8,148 nucleotides of DNA from assembly GCA_030141605.1 (NCBI GenBank), contig JAQGDQ010002529.1:1-8148 (forward strand). Direction: 5' to 3'. The translations under genes and the position numbers were made by a program. The notes under the pieces are model-generated. The model was not told the DNA's origin, made no database searches, and saw only the letters and a program-made list of their open reading frames with translations. Positions 7,113 through 8,148 of this stretch are shown in pieces; the stretch's first letter is position 1, and each line of letters begins with the position of its first letter. This DNA is from Tubiluchus corallicola (taxonomy: Eukaryota > Animalia > Priapulida).

Positions 7113-8082
7113 GTGTTTAAATCTAAACTTTTTTACTTTATTTTCTATTTCTACATTTTCTCAGGTTAATTACACTGTAAGTGAATATATGAAATGAAGA
7201 GCTTATTGGGACTACAGTGTATGTTCCTTTTCAGTTATTATCTGATGTGGCTTCGGGCGTGGAGGGTACGGAGGTTTTTGTGTGCGGGGGTGGTAATATG
7301 GATCAGAATTTGATTTTGTTGAATGGTGCGAATATATATAATGCTTTGCATTTGGCGGGTTTTATTTCTGTTTTTAATTCTAATATTGTTAAAAATTTGA
7401 AGTTATATATGATGATGAAAGTGGTTTTGATTTGGAGGTCGAGCATTCTTGGTTATAAGCTGAATACTGATTTTACTTTTTAATGTAAATCCCCAGTGTG
7501 CTGATCAAATAGCTTTGGGCTATTTTAGGAATTTTGAAGAAAATACAATAAAAAACTTCAATAGAGCTGTTTTAAAAATATGAAGAATGGGATAGATTTT
7601 AAGAATCATACTGGTTTGTTTGTAAATGAAGAGTTCGAAAGTGAGCTGAGGACAGAAGAAGGCTGTGCGTATGGGACGGAATTTTTTGTAAAAAAAGCAT
7701 AAAAACAACTTACGGATTGGATGAGTTATATCTTCTCTAAGAGCTTGAGGAATATATCTGAGATTCAGAAAGACCTTTTTGTGGCTCCTTATGAGGTTTC
7801 GAAACAGATGAGCGTGTCTGTTAATTAATTGGATGTCTGCTCACAAAGTTGTGCATGATGGAGTAGTTTTACCTATTTATGCGGATAGTAGAAATACTTA
7901 TTGGTATAGGGATTTATTGGCTTGGTTTGTTGCTTTCTTTAAAGACAAAGGGTGGTAAGGGAAATTGGAATTTTTCTATTTGTAATAAATGTAATACTTT
8001 TGCTTTGAGGTTTGACTCAGACTCTATAACGGACGAAACAGATGCTTACAGTTAGTATCTGTTTCGCATTATACCGCCTGTT
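7113..8082 (+). pseudogene. Heavily decayed TonB-dependent receptor (signal peptide, CarboxypepD_reg-like start, plug, barrel fragments)
   Basis: Collinear fragments across frames: FSISTFSQVNYTVSEYMK (7141-7194); EELIGTTVYVP (7196-7228); plug FQLL...GGNMDQNLILLNGANIYNALHLAGFISVFN (7229-7408); NPQCADQIALGYFRNF (~7488-7535); MKNGIDFK...GCAYGTEFFVKK..LTDWMSYIFSKS (from 7580); VVLPIYADSRN; GNWNFSICN; DAYS*YLFRIIPPV (to 8082). Several stops and frameshifts. The start coordinate is approximate. Confidence 0.85.
8034..8066. repeat. 13-bp inverted repeat (hairpin) within the 3' end of the TBDR remnant
   Basis: CGAAACAGATGCT (8034-8046)-TACAGTT-AGTATCTGTTTCG (8054-8066): 12 Watson-Crick pairs plus one G-U. 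Confidence 0.7.
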
Positions 8083-8148
8083 GGATCCTGATAGGGGTAA
8101 AGCAGTGTTTGAGGATAGGTATTTCAATGAACAAGCAGGAGAAGAGAG

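Noticed and set aside
7520-7708. ORF 7520..7708(-), 62 aa
   Set aside because: It is antisense to the TBDR barrel remnant on the + strand.
7190-8082. Stop-codon reassignment or programmed frameshifting rescuing the TBDR
   Set aside because: Both TAA and TAG interrupt it, along with frameshifts, large deletions and loss of conserved residues. Intact genes in the window use TAA as a normal stop.
1-8148. CRISPR array, tRNA/rRNA, IS or transposase, integrase or invertase
   Set aside because: No regularly spaced repeats, RNA gene signatures, terminal inverted repeats with target duplications or recombinase motifs were seen.

Overview
AT-rich Bacteroidota (probably Bacteroidales) chromosomal window from what looks like an eroding genome. 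In order it holds: the 3' end of rsmA/ksgA; intact mgtE; the 3' half of a bifunctional DAHP synthase/chorismate mutase gene (- strand) joined at ~2271-2275 directly to the 3' third of sucC (+ strand), so both genes lack their 5' parts; a 13-bp inverted repeat; a start-less sulfatase/FN3-associated-like C-terminal remnant; a canonical Bacteroidota promoter and rimP-leader-type attenuator hairpin running straight into nusA with no rimP; infB; and a TonB-dependent receptor pseudogene reduced to ~1 kb by several large internal deletions. Composition of + strand genes also shifts from A/C-leaning (left) to G/T-leaning (right). I see no convincing new multi-gene system, CRISPR array, RNA gene or mobile element. 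The most notable signals are the aro/sucC breakpoint (recent rearrangement or assembly chimera), the missing rimP with its leader retained, and deletion-driven gene decay. All family assignments come from my recollection of motifs, not from database searches.
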